A stretch of 64,000 nt of DNA from Actinomycetota bacterium. GTDB taxonomy: Bacteria; Actinomycetota; UBA4738; HRBIN12. Location: positions 3,895 to 67,894 of the forward strand of contig JBIOUU010000186.1 of the NCBI GenBank assembly GCA_044867345.1, written 5' to 3'. The notes under the pieces are model-generated. The model ran no database searches, was not told the origin of the DNA, and was given only the letters and a program-made list of their open reading frames with translations. This document shows, piece by piece, positions 52,826 through 62,583 of the stretch. Positions within the stretch are counted from its first letter, which is position 1. Every line of letters starts with the position of its first letter. The translations under genes and the position numbers were made by a program.

Positions 52826-54268
52826 ATGGCGCTCGACGTAGCGAAGGAGGCCGTCGAGGCGGCGCGAGCCGCCGGCGCCCACTATGCGGACGCACGGTTC
52901 GTCCACGAGGAGTCCGAGTCGATCACGGTCCGCAACCAGGAGATGGAGGGGATCGACCGGGCGACCTCCGAGGGCGTCGGCGTGCGCGTGCTGGTCGACG
53001 GGTACTGGGGCTTCGCCGCCACCGCCCGTCCCGAGGGCGACGAGATCGCCCGGACCGCCGGCCTGGCCGTCGAGATCGCCCGGGCCGCGGCTCGACTTCC
53101 CCGGGATCCGGTGACGCTCACCTGGGTGGAGCCTGCCTCCGGCACGTGGGCCAGCCCGTTCCAGGACGACCCGTTCAACGTGTCGCTGGAGGAGAAGGTG
53201 GCCCTGTTGATGGAGGCCACCCGGCGCATGCAGGAGGTCGACGGCCTGGCCTTCGCCGAGGGGGGCATCGACCTTTTTCGGGTTCGGACGTCCTTCGCCT
53301 CGTCCGAGGGGAGCGAGATCGAGCAGACCGTCCTGCACTCGGGGGCCGGCCTCGACGCCACCGCTGTGGCCGAGGGTGAGCTCCAGCGGCGCTCGTACCC
53401 GAATTCGTTCCGCGGACACATCGCCGCGGCCGGCTGGGAACACATCGCCAAGCTCGGACTGCTGGAGGAGGCGGAACGGACCGCGACCGAGGCGGTGGAG
53501 CTGCTCTCGGCCACGGACTGCCCGGCCGAAGTGACCACCCTGGTCCTGGACTCCGGCCAGATGGAGCTCCAGGTCCACGAGTCGATCGGCCATGCCGTGG
53601 AGCTCGACCGTGTGCTCGGCATGGAGGAATCCTACGCGGGCTCCTCGTTCGTCTCGCCGGGCGATCGGGGCAAGCTCCGCTACGCGAGCGACCTCGTATC
53701 GATCACGGCGGATGCGACCATCCCGGGTGGCCTCGGCTCGTTCGGATGGGACGATGAGGGCGTCCCGGCGCAACGAGTCCCCATCATCGTCGACGGGACG
53801 TTCCAGGACTTCATCTCCAGCCGCGAGACGGCCGCCGCGATCGGCGGTACGTCCACGGGGGCCATGCGGGCGGACGGCTGGCAGAACCTCCCGCTGATCC
53901 GCATGACCAACATCAACATCGAGCCCGGCGAAGGATCGCTCGCCGACATCATCGGCGACACGAAGGACGGCATCTTCATGGCCACGAACCAGTCGTGGTC
54001 CATCGACGACAAGCGGGTGAACTTCCAGTTCGGGTGCGAGATCGCTTGGCGCATCAAGGGCGGCAAGCTCACGCAGATGTACCGGAACCCCAACTACACC
54101 GGCATCACCACGGAATTCTGGCGTTCGTGCGACGCGGTGGGAGGCCGGGAGGACTGGACCCTGTGGGGCACGCCGAACTGTGGCAAGGGGCAGCCCGCCC
54201 AGACCGCCCGGGTGGGTCACGGGACGGCGCCGGCGCGCTTTCACAACGTGCAGGTGGGGGTGCGCTGA
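52826..54268 (+). CDS. tldD: TldD-family metalloprotease subunit
   Basis: YADARF, GVGVRVLVDGYWGFA and the C-terminal HGTAP... pattern of the TldD/PmbA superfamily. 480 aa. Confidence 0.85.
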   Translation: MALDVAKEAVEAARAAGAHYADARFVHEESESITVRNQEMEGIDRATSEGVGVRVLVDGYWGFAATARPEGDEIARTAGLAVEIARAAARLPRDPVTLTWVEPASGTWASPFQDDPFNVSLEEKVALLMEATRRMQEVDGLAFAEGGIDLFRVRTSFASSEGSEIEQTVLHSGAGLDATAVAEGELQRRSYPNSFRGHIAAAGWEHIAKLGLLEEAERTATEAVELLSATDCPAEVTTLVLDSGQMELQVHESIGHAVELDRVLGMEESYAGSSFVSPGDRGKLRYASDLVSITADATIPGGLGSFGWDDEGVPAQRVPIIVDGTFQDFISSRETAAAIGGTSTGAMRADGWQNLPLIRMTNINIEPGEGSLADIIGDTKDGIFMATNQSWSIDDKRVNFQFGCEIAWRIKGGKLTQMYRNPNYTGITTEFWRSCDAVGGREDWTLWGTPNCGKGQPAQTARVGHGTAPARFHNVQVGVR

Positions 54269-55617
54269 TGCCGGGGGTGATCGGACCCGACCGGGTCCGC
54301 ATCGTCGCCGAGCCGGCCCTCACGGTGCCGGGCGTGGACGGCGTCGAGGTCCTGTTCATCCACGAATGGACCGGGCTCACCCGGTTCGCCTCCTCGGCCA
54401 TCCATCAGAGCACCTGGCAGGAGGACACCGGCATCCGGGTTCGCGTGGTGAAGGGCGGACGGATCGGGGTGGCCGCCTCCAACGATTTCTCCGAGGAGGG
54501 GGCCCGGCGGGCGGCCGAGAGCGCCCGAGAGATGGCGGAGGTGGTGGCGCCCGACCCGCTGTTCCCGGGACTCGCGCCTCCGCAACCCGTGCTCAAGAGC
54601 GACCGCTTCGACGAGGCCACGGCCTCCACCACACCGGACCATCGCGCGAAGGGGGTCGCGACGCTGATCGCCCAATGCGGGCGAGGTCTGGTGGCCTCCG
54701 GCGCCTTCGAGACCGCCGCGAGCGAGGTGGCGTTGCTCAACACCGAGGGCCAGTTCTGTTGGGCTCCTTCCACGCAGGCCTCGGTCACCACGGTCGTCAC
54801 CGCCGACGAAGGCGGGAGCGGCTTCGCCGAGACGTTCGCCTCCACCCTGGCGGAGGTCGATCCGGGTGCTGTGGGCCGGCGCGCGGCGACGAAAGCCGCC
54901 GCCTCGCGCAGGCCGATCGATCTCGACCCCGGCCGGTACCCGGTGGTGCTCGAGCCCGCCGCGGTCTCGACGTTGGTGGGGTTCCTGGCCTGGATCGGTT
55001 TCGGCGGGCGGTCGCTGGCCGAAGGGCGGTCCTGCTTCTCGGGGAAGCAGGGGCAGCAGGTGGCCCAGCCGGCCATCACGATCTACGAGGACGCCACGTC
55101 GCCGGACACCATCGGGCTGCCCTTCGACTTCGAGGGAACGCCCCGTCGCCGCGTCGACCTCATCCGGGACGGCGTGTTCCTCGACGCGGTGTACGACCGA
55201 CGCACGGCCAAGCAGGCCGGCACGGAAACGACCGGCCACGCCCTGCCCCCGCCGAACCCGGAGGGTCCGTTCCCGCTCAACCTGTTCATGGAGCCCGGGG
55301 AGGCCTCGTTGGAGGGCATGATCGCCTCGACCGACCGGGGCCTGCTCGTCACCCGGTTCCACTACTCGAACGTCGTGCACCCCCTGGAGTCGACCATCAC
55401 AGGGATGACGCGCGACGGGACGTTCCTGATCGAGTCCGGAGAGGTGACTCGTCCGGTGAAGAACTTCCGGTTCACCCAATCCATCCTCGAGGCCCTCCGG
55501 ACGGCGTCGATGGTGGGCCGGGACACCGAGCTGGCGAGCGAGTTCTTCTTCTCCGCCTCTCGCGTGCCGGCCCTGAAGGTGGACTCGTTCCACTTCACCG
55601 GCCGCTCGGATCACTGA
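54268..55617 (+). CDS. pmbA: PmbA/TldE-family metalloprotease subunit
   Basis: ATG 54268 overlaps the tldD TGA by 1 nt. IRVRVVKGGRIGVAASND and the C-terminal VTRFHYSN..GTFLIESGE pattern. Confidence 0.85.
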   Translation: MPGVIGPDRVRIVAEPALTVPGVDGVEVLFIHEWTGLTRFASSAIHQSTWQEDTGIRVRVVKGGRIGVAASNDFSEEGARRAAESAREMAEVVAPDPLFPGLAPPQPVLKSDRFDEATASTTPDHRAKGVATLIAQCGRGLVASGAFETAASEVALLNTEGQFCWAPSTQASVTTVVTADEGGSGFAETFASTLAEVDPGAVGRRAATKAAASRRPIDLDPGRYPVVLEPAAVSTLVGFLAWIGFGGRSLAEGRSCFSGKQGQQVAQPAITIYEDATSPDTIGLPFDFEGTPRRRVDLIRDGVFLDAVYDRRTAKQAGTETTGHALPPPNPEGPFPLNLFMEPGEASLEGMIASTDRGLLVTRFHYSNVVHPLESTITGMTRDGTFLIESGEVTRPVKNFRFTQSILEALRTASMVGRDTELASEFFFSASRVPALKVDSFHFTGRSDH

Positions 55618-55706
55618 CGGCGCGACGGAGCAGGATTTCACCATGGCCGCCCCGTTCCGGTACCCTCGCAGGTGGGCCTTCCCCAGCTCCACGACGGAGG
55701 TGACCG

Positions 55707-56159
55707 ATGCAGGTCGGAGACGTGATGAAGAGCGCCGTGAAGACGACGACCCCGGATCAGACGTTCGCCCACGTCGCCAAGCTCCTGAAGGACAACGCCA
55801 TCTCCTCCGTCGTCGTGATGGATGGCGACCGGCTGGCCGGCATCGTGACCGAGCGCGACCTGGTGAATCTGGTGGCGGACGGCCTGGATCCGCACGCCGC
55901 CAAGGTCGCCGACCGCATGAGCACCAATCTCGACACGGTCGAGCCCCGGACCGACATCGCCGAGGCCGCCGAGCACATGGCCAGGCTTCGGATCCGCCAC
56001 CTGCCGGTCCTGGACAAGGGGACGCTCGTGGGGATCATCTCCATCCGCGACCTGACCAACTGGGCGGTTGCGGAGATCACCGGCGGCCACGAGCTCCCGG
56101 ATTTGGAGCGCAGCCACACGACGCTGTCGGCCGCGGCCGAGATCAACCGGAACCGCTGA
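55707..56159 (+). CDS. CBS domain pair protein
   Basis: Two CBS repeats (VGDVMKSAVKT...GIVTERDL and ...HLPVLDKGTLVGIISIRDL). RBS GGAGG. Confidence 0.85.
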   Translation: MQVGDVMKSAVKTTTPDQTFAHVAKLLKDNAISSVVVMDGDRLAGIVTERDLVNLVADGLDPHAAKVADRMSTNLDTVEPRTDIAEAAEHMARLRIRHLPVLDKGTLVGIISIRDLTNWAVAEITGGHELPDLERSHTTLSAAAEINRNR

Positions 56160-56175
56160 GGGGCCCGCTCCGGAG

Positions 56176-57480
56176 CTACTCGCCCTCCGCGGCGCGTTCG
56201 AACGCGTCGCGGGGATGGTGGATCGATCCGAGCTGGGCCACGTCGCGAGGGAAGAGCAACCCCACGGTCCAGTCCATCACGATTCGGACCTTCCGGTTCA
56301 GGGTCGGCATCATCAACAGGTGATAGCTGCGGTGGAGGAACCACGCGGGGAACCCCCTGACCTTCACGCCGAGCACGAGGGCGGCCCCCTTGAACCGGCC
56401 CAGTGAGGCCAGCTGCCCCAGATTTCGCCACCGGAAGGGCTCCAGCGGTTCCCGGCGCAGCGAGGCGATCACGTTCTTCCCCAGCCGCCGGGCCTGGCGG
56501 AGCGCGTGTTGCGCCGTTGGCGGGGATACCCCACCCGTGGAGAGGTCGGGCACCGCGGCGTTGTCGCCGGCGGCCCAGGCGTCCTCGACGCCGCGCACCC
56601 GCAGGAACTCGTCCACGACCACACGTCCCCGCTCGTCGACGGGGAAGTTCGAGCGGGCGCCGAGCGGCTCCGGCTTCACCCCCGCCGTCCACACCAGCGT
56701 GTCGGCGTGGAAGTGCATCCCGTTCGAGAGGCGCATCATCCCGCCCTCGGCCGATTCGAGCGTCGTGTTCACCAGCACCTCGATCCCCCGTATCCGAAGC
56801 CGCGAGTTCACGTACGTCGCCAGGTCGGGGCTGAGCTCGGGGAGGATGCGTGACGTGGCCTCCACCAGGACCCATCGCATGTCGTCGGGGTGCAGCGTGG
56901 GGTAGTAGTCGAGCGCCGAACGGGCCATGTCCTCCAGTTCCGCCATTGCTTCCACCCCGGCGTACCCGGCTCCCACGAAGAGGAAGGTGAGGGCGGCACG
57001 ACGATGGTCCTCGTCGCGCTCCTCGGCGGCGGCGTCCAGCCGGGACAACACGTGGTTGCGAAGGAAGATGGCCTCGGCCACGGTCTTGAACCCCACCCCG
57101 CGCTCGGCCAGGCCCGGGACGGGCAGGACCCTCGATCGCGACCCCGCGCCCAGCACCAGGATGTCGTAGGGAACGTCGATGTCCTCCCGGTTCGGGGTCC
57201 GCACGGTGGCGACTCGGCCCTCGTGATCGATGCGCTGCACCTCGCCGACCAGGACGGTGGTCTTCTTCAGGACCTGCCGGAGCGGGACGACGACATGGCG
57301 GGGCTCGATGTTGCCCGAGGCCACCTCGGGCAGGAACGGTTGGTACTGCATGTAGTTCTCCTGGTTCACCAGGGTCAGGTCATGCCCCGCCCGGGCCAGC
57401 TCGCCTTGCATCTCCAGCGCCGCGTACATGCCCACGTAGCCGCCCCCGACGATCAGCACGCGCCGTGCTCCGGGCTTCAT
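56176..57480 (-). CDS. ndh: type II NADH dehydrogenase (NDH-2) family FAD/NAD(P) oxidoreductase
   Basis: VLIVGGGYVGMY and FVGAGYAGVE dinucleotide-binding motifs. 434 aa, typical NDH-2 length. Confidence 0.8.
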   Translation of the reverse strand: MKPGARRVLIVGGGYVGMYAALEMQGELARAGHDLTLVNQENYMQYQPFLPEVASGNIEPRHVVVPLRQVLKKTTVLVGEVQRIDHEGRVATVRTPNREDIDVPYDILVLGAGSRSRVLPVPGLAERGVGFKTVAEAIFLRNHVLSRLDAAAEERDEDHRRAALTFLFVGAGYAGVEAMAELEDMARSALDYYPTLHPDDMRWVLVEATSRILPELSPDLATYVNSRLRIRGIEVLVNTTLESAEGGMMRLSNGMHFHADTLVWTAGVKPEPLGARSNFPVDERGRVVVDEFLRVRGVEDAWAAGDNAAVPDLSTGGVSPPTAQHALRQARRLGKNVIASLRREPLEPFRWRNLGQLASLGRFKGAALVLGVKVRGFPAWFLHRSYHLLMMPTLNRKVRIVMDWTVGLLFPRDVAQLGSIHHPRDAFERAAEGE

Positions 57481-57484
57481 CCGG

Positions 57485-58321
57485 CTATCCCGAGGCGGCG
57501 AGGGCGCGGAGCGCCCGGAACTGAACAGGATCGGTCGTCACCGACCCGAGCCGTACCGGGTCGTAGCGCGTCCCGTGGCAGTCTGAACCGCCGGTGATCA
57601 CCAGGCCGAGCCGCTTGGCCAGGCCCCGGTAGTGCTCGCGCTGCTCCGGGGTGTGGTCGCTGTGGTCGGCCTCCAGGCCCGCCATCCCTGACTCGGCCAT
57701 GGCCTCGATGAGCTCCTCGGGGACCGGGGCCTCGGCGCTCCACATGCCCGGGTGGGCGAGCACGCATGCGCCGCCCGCCCGGCGGACGAGCGCGAGCGCG
57801 TCGAGTGGATCGAGGGCGTGCTTGGGGACGTACGCGGGCCCGTCGTCGCCGATCAGGCGGTCGAAGGCCTCCTCTTCGTCGGCCACCACCCCGGCCTCGA
57901 CCAGCGCCTGGGCCACGTGGGGTCGCACGATGTTGCCGCTGCCGGCGATCTGGGTGACCCGTTCGAACGAGATCGGGTACCCGAGCGACCGGAGCTTCTC
58001 CACCATGGTTTCCCCACGGAGGAACCGCTCGGAGCGCAGGCGGACGAGCTCCGCCTGGAGCTCCTGGTGCTCTGGATCCATCCAGTAGCACAGGACGTGG
58101 ACGCTCGTACCTCCATGCTCGGCCGAGAGCTCGACACCGGGAACGACCTCGACGCTTTCCTCGAGCCCGGCAGCCGCCGCCTCCTCGAGCCCATCCGTCG
58201 TGTCGTGATCGGTGATGGCGACGACCTCGAGGCCGCGCTCCGATGCGAGCTTCACGAGCTCCGAGGGCGAGAACGTCCCGTCGGAACGCTTCGTGTGCGT
58301 GTGGAGATCGATCCCGCCCAT
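57485..58321 (-). CDS. PHP-domain metal-dependent phosphoesterase (TrpH/YciV type)
   Basis: IDLHTHTKRSDG and VVAITDHDTTDG PHP motifs. Confidence 0.8.
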   Translation of the reverse strand: MGGIDLHTHTKRSDGTFSPSELVKLASERGLEVVAITDHDTTDGLEEAAAAGLEESVEVVPGVELSAEHGGTSVHVLCYWMDPEHQELQAELVRLRSERFLRGETMVEKLRSLGYPISFERVTQIAGSGNIVRPHVAQALVEAGVVADEEEAFDRLIGDDGPAYVPKHALDPLDALALVRRAGGACVLAHPGMWSAEAPVPEELIEAMAESGMAGLEADHSDHTPEQREHYRGLAKRLGLVITGGSDCHGTRYDPVRLGSVTTDPVQFRALRALAASG

Positions 58322-58371
58322 GGACGGGCCATGGTGTCATAGGGACTGCGCGGCCGTCATCGACCGAGGGA

Positions 58372-59139
58372 TCAGCGGGCGCGGGCCGACAGGCGGCCCG
58401 CGCCCATCTCCCTGGACAGGCTCCGGGCGGTCTGCCGAACCGCCGCCACCACATGCGGCGAGGGCCCGTCGCCCAGCAGCCGTTCGACCGGCCCGGCCAC
58501 GCCGATCGCGCCGACCGGCGTACCCGCGTAGTTGAACACCGTCGCCGCGATCTCGGCCTCCCCCACGATGGCCTCCTGGTCTTCCAGGGCCACGCCACGT
58601 CTGGCCACCTGATCGAGCTCGCGCTCCAGGACCGCCGGGTCGCACACCGTCTTGCCGGTCAAGCGGACAAGGTCCTCGTCGAGGAGCTCGCTGCGACGAT
58701 CGCTTTCCAAGTACGCGGCCATGGCTTTGCCCAGGGCGCAGGCATGCCACGGGATCGACGCCCCCACCTCCAGGATCTGCACCGAGTTGTCCGGCCGGAA
58801 CACGTGGTGGACGATCAGCACCCGCCGGCCGTTCAGGACGCCCACCCTGACCGCCTCCTCCACCCGGCTGGCCAGCGATTCGGCCCAGAGCAGCGATCTG
58901 GCTCGGAGCTCGTGGTTGTCCAGGAAGGCGTTCCCCAGCTGGAGCATGGCCGGGCCCAGGCGGTACTTACCCGCCTCGTCGTCCCGCTCCACGAGCTGCT
59001 CCGCCTCCAAGGTCCGCAACAGCCCGAAGACCGTGGCCTTGGCCAGGCCGAGGCGCTCGCCGAGCTCCGTCACGCCCAGGCGGGGGGAGGACCCCAGCTC
59101 CTTCAGGATCAGCGCGGCTCGATGCACCGACCGGATCAC
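58372..59139 (-). CDS. IclR-family transcriptional regulator (GylR-like by context)
   Basis: N-terminal wHTH (SVHRAALILKELG...LGVTELGERLGLAKATVFGLLRTL) plus IclR effector domain. GTG 59139 forms a GTGA overlap with the upstream stop. Track ORF 58372..59499 is over-extended. Confidence 0.85.
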   Translation of the reverse strand: MIRSVHRAALILKELGSSPRLGVTELGERLGLAKATVFGLLRTLEAEQLVERDDEAGKYRLGPAMLQLGNAFLDNHELRARSLLWAESLASRVEEAVRVGVLNGRRVLIVHHVFRPDNSVQILEVGASIPWHACALGKAMAAYLESDRRSELLDEDLVRLTGKTVCDPAVLERELDQVARRGVALEDQEAIVGEAEIAATVFNYAGTPVGAIGVAGPVERLLGDGPSPHVVAAVRQTARSLSREMGAGRLSARAR

Positions 59140-59858
59140 GGCCGCTCTCCCGTCGCACCGTCCGCGCCCCCGGCAGCCCGCTCGAGCGCGGAGAACAGCA
59201 TCGCCGTGGACGTGGCCCCCGGATCCTGATGACCCACGCTCCGGGGGCCGAGGTAGGACGCCCGGCCCTTCCGGGCCTGGAGGGGCACGGTGGCCCGCAT
59301 CCCCTCTTCGGCTGCCTCCCGGGCCCTCTTGGCGGCGGCGGGCCAGCCCTCCCCGGCCCGAAGCCCCCGCTCGAAGGCCGCCAGTCCCGGGACGAATGCG
59401 TCGACGATGGTCTTGTCGCCCACGGCGGCCGCCCCGAGCCTCTGGATGGCCTCCAGGGCTGCGCGAAGCGCGACCAAAAGGTCTTCCGGTCCGAACCATT
59501 GGTTGGACCCCAAGGCCTGACCCAGACCTCGGAACCCGCTCCCGTAGAGCGGACCGGCCGCGCCGCCGACGGTGAAGGTGAGCGCCGTCCCGACCGCCTC
59601 GAGGATGGTCCCCGGCGGCTCCTCTCTCATACCCTCGAGCTTGGCCACCGCGGCCGTGAGGCCCCGATCGAGGTTGATCCCGTGGTCCGCGTCGCCGATC
59701 GCCGCGTCGAGCTGGGTCAGGTAATCACGCTGATCCCGGACCGCGCGGGCCAGCTCGTTCACCCACTGCAGGACGAACGCCGCTCCCAGGGAAGCGTCTC
59801 CGTCCCCCGCCGCCATCCCCGCCAACCCTTTGGAGCGCTGCTCTCGCATCTCTTCCAC
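59136..59858 (-). CDS. DhaL-like (Dak2 domain) protein, second paralogue
   Basis: [21 protein letters not shown] and VGGAAGPLYG nucleotide-binding motifs of the DhaL/Dak2 domain. Start uncertain (GTG 59858, ATG 59849 or ATG 59816). Confidence 0.75.
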   Translation of the reverse strand: MEEMREQRSKGLAGMAAGDGDASLGAAFVLQWVNELARAVRDQRDYLTQLDAAIGDADHGINLDRGLTAAVAKLEGMREEPPGTILEAVGTALTFTVGGAAGPLYGSGFRGLGQALGSNQWFGPEDLLVALRAALEAIQRLGAAAVGDKTIVDAFVPGLAAFERGLRAGEGWPAAAKRAREAAEEGMRATVPLQARKGRASYLGPRSVGHQDPGATSTAMLFSALERAAGGADGATGERP

Positions 59859-60115
59859 GTTCCGCTTCTCCGGGGCCGCCTGTCAAGCACGTGCTCGGCG
59901 CCGGCCGACGGCCTCGACAGGGGAGCGTGGCGTTCGACGATGCCGAACGCCGTCTTGAACTGAATCGATTTGACATCCGAGACCGAACGATCTTGGCTTT
60001 TGTGGAAAGCGCCACCCGTGATCTTCTGACGGGAGAAAGGGGGTGAGCCCGGTATTGCTCGCCCGGGCCGAGGGGCCCAGGTTGCTTGCCCTGTCGTCTC
60101 GAGAAGGGGGTGGTC

Positions 60116-60829
60116 ATGAACCACTTGTTCTGGTCGGAGATGGTTGGCACCGGCATCCTCATCTTGTTCGGCGACGGAGTCGTCGCCGGCGTGGTGCTCA
60201 ACAAGACCAAGTCGCAGAACTCGGGGTGGATCGTCATCACGTTCGGATGGGGGCTGGCCGTCGCTATCGCGGTCTATGCGGTGGGACGCTTCCCGAGCGG
60301 TGCTCTTATCAACCCGGCGGTAGCGTTGTCACTGGCCGTCACCGATCAGGGAGTGGCGTGGAAGAATCTGCCCGCGCTGATCGGTGGAGAGTTCGCAGGC
60401 GCGATTAGCGGTGCAATCCTTGTCTATCTTGCCTACTTCCCCCATTGGGCCCCGACGGAGGACCCCGGGACCAAGCTCGCCGTGTTCTGCACGGGGCCGG
60501 CCATCCGCAACTACGCGGCCAACTTCATCACGGAGGTCATCGGGACGGGCGCCCTGCTGCTCGGCGTGCTCGCGATCCTCGGCAACGACCTGACCACGGG
60601 CTTCGCCCCGCTGCTGATCGGCCTGCTGGTCCTGGGCATCGGCCTCTCGCTGGGCGGCCCGACCGGGTACGCCATCAACCCGGCCCGGGACCTCGGCCCC
60701 CGGATCGCGCACTTCGTCCTGCCGATCCCGGGCAAGCGCGACTCGGATTGGTCCTACGCGTGGATCCCGGTGGTGGCTCCCCTCGTAGGAGGCATCATCG
60801 GGGCGTGGTTCTACAAGGTCGCGTTCTAA
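60116..60829 (+). CDS. glpF: MIP-family glycerol uptake facilitator
   Basis: Two NPA boxes (LINPAVAL, INPARDLGPR). ATG 60116 behind GAAGGGGGTGG. Confidence 0.9.
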   Translation: MNHLFWSEMVGTGILILFGDGVVAGVVLNKTKSQNSGWIVITFGWGLAVAIAVYAVGRFPSGALINPAVALSLAVTDQGVAWKNLPALIGGEFAGAISGAILVYLAYFPHWAPTEDPGTKLAVFCTGPAIRNYAANFITEVIGTGALLLGVLAILGNDLTTGFAPLLIGLLVLGIGLSLGGPTGYAINPARDLGPRIAHFVLPIPGKRDSDWSYAWIPVVAPLVGGIIGAWFYKVAF

Positions 60830-60859
60830 GCTGAGCATTCAAAGCGGAAAGGAGGCCAT

Positions 60860-61861
60860 GTGAAGAAGCTGATCAACAAGCCGGAGGACGTCGTCACCGA
60901 GACGCTCCAGGGCATCGCGGCGGCACATCCAGACCTCGTACGGGTCCACACGAACCCGAACTTCATCGTTCGGGCCGATGCGCCCGTGCAGGGCAAGGCG
61001 GCCCTGGTCTCGGGGGGCGGCTCCGGCCACGAACCCATGCATGGTGGCTTCGTGGGGATGGGCATGCTCGACGCGGCGTGCCCGGGCGAGGTGTTCACCT
61101 CCCCCACCCCGGACCAGATGCTTGAAGCGACGAAGGCAGTGAACGGCGGCGCGGGCGTCGTCCACATCGTGAAGAACTACACGGGCGACGTCATGAACTT
61201 CGACATGGCGGCCGAGATGGCCAGAGGCGAGGGCATCGAGGTCGAATCGGTCCTGGTCGACGACGACGTGGCGGTACAGGACAGCCTGTACACCGCAGGT
61301 CGTCGAGGCGTCGGCACGACCGTGCTCATGGAGAAGATCGCCGGAGCGGCGGCGGAGGAACGTCGGGCGCTGAAGGAGGTCGCCGAGATCGCACGGCACG
61401 TGAACGCGAACGGGCGAAGCATGGGAATGGCCCTGACTTCGTGCACGGTGCCGGCGGCCGGAAAGCCCACCTTCGAGATCGGCGACGACGAGATCGAGAT
61501 CGGCATCGGGATCCACGGCGAGCCCGGCCGGCAGCGGATGAAGCTCAAGCCGGTCCATGAGATCGTGGAGATGATGGCGGTCGCCGTCGTGGAGGACATC
61601 CCATACACGAAGGGCGACGAAGTCCTGGCGTTCGTGAACGGCATGGGCGGCACGCCCCTCATCGAGCTCTACGTGGTGTACAACGAGGTGAACAGGTTCC
61701 TGGAGGGACGGGGCGTCAAGATCACCAGGAACCTGATCGGCTCGTACATCACGTCGCTCGAGATGGCGGGGTTCTCCATCACGCTGCTCAAGCTGGACGA
61801 CGAGCTCACGAAGCTGTGGGACGCGCCGGTCAAGACCCCCGCGTTGCGCTGGGGCGTTTGA
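60860..61861 (+). CDS. dhaK: dihydroxyacetone kinase subunit DhaK
   Basis: [12 protein letters not shown]-terminus and [19 protein letters not shown] motif. GTG start behind AGGAGG. Confidence 0.9.
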   Translation: MKKLINKPEDVVTETLQGIAAAHPDLVRVHTNPNFIVRADAPVQGKAALVSGGGSGHEPMHGGFVGMGMLDAACPGEVFTSPTPDQMLEATKAVNGGAGVVHIVKNYTGDVMNFDMAAEMARGEGIEVESVLVDDDVAVQDSLYTAGRRGVGTTVLMEKIAGAAAEERRALKEVAEIARHVNANGRSMGMALTSCTVPAAGKPTFEIGDDEIEIGIGIHGEPGRQRMKLKPVHEIVEMMAVAVVEDIPYTKGDEVLAFVNGMGGTPLIELYVVYNEVNRFLEGRGVKITRNLIGSYITSLEMAGFSITLLKLDDELTKLWDAPVKTPALRWGV

Positions 61862-61886
61862 GCATCTCACGAGGCGGCCGGTCCGG

Positions 61887-62555
61887 ATGCCGGCGAGCGT
61901 GGAAGGAGGGTCGGTGAGCGTCCCGTACGACCAGGTGGTCCGGTTCGTTCGGACGTTCGCCAAGGTGGTGTCGGAGAACCGGGAATACCTGACCGACCTG
62001 GACTCCGCCATCGGCGACGCTGACCACGGGATCAACATGGATCGCGGGATGAGCGCCGCCCTCGCCAAGCTCGACGGCGTGCCGGAGGGAGACGTCGGCA
62101 ACCTGTTCAAGACGGTGGGGATGACCCTGGTCTCCACCGTGGGGGGCGCCGGGGGACCCCTGTACGGCACGCTGTTCATGCAGATGGGCATGGCCGTGAC
62201 AGGAAAACCCGAGCTCTCCTCGCAGGACTGGGCCGAGGCCCTCACGAAAGGGCTGGAGGGCGTGGTCATGCGGGGGAAGGCCGAGCTCGGTGACAAGACG
62301 ATGGTCGACGCGCTGACGCCGGCTCGAGACGCATTGAAGGAGGCCCTCGACGAGGGGGCCTCCTTCGGCGACGCGCTCCGGCGCTCGGCCGCCGCGGCCG
62401 AGGAGGGGATGAAGGGCACGATCCCCCTGGTGGCCCGGAAGGGACGGGCCAGTTACCTCGGCGAGCGGAGCGCCGGCCATCAGGATCCAGGGGCCACGTC
62501 GACCTATCTGCTGCTGAAGACGGCGGTCGACACGTGGGCCGACGCCGACCCGTAG
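61887..62555 (+). CDS. dhaL: dihydroxyacetone kinase subunit DhaL
   Basis: [21 protein letters not shown] and [10 protein letters not shown]. It follows dhaK directly. Confidence 0.85.
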   Translation: MPASVEGGSVSVPYDQVVRFVRTFAKVVSENREYLTDLDSAIGDADHGINMDRGMSAALAKLDGVPEGDVGNLFKTVGMTLVSTVGGAGGPLYGTLFMQMGMAVTGKPELSSQDWAEALTKGLEGVVMRGKAELGDKTMVDALTPARDALKEALDEGASFGDALRRSAAAAEEGMKGTIPLVARKGRASYLGERSAGHQDPGATSTYLLLKTAVDTWADADP

Positions 62556-62583
62556 AGGAGGAAGAGGAGGAGAAGGAGGCGCC

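Noticed and set aside
51407-54244. 945-aa ORF antisense to the C45 peptidase and tldD
   Set aside because: It crosses several plus-strand genes and spacers, has a low-complexity Arg/Gly/Asp-rich product and no motifs. The sense-strand genes have clear family signatures.
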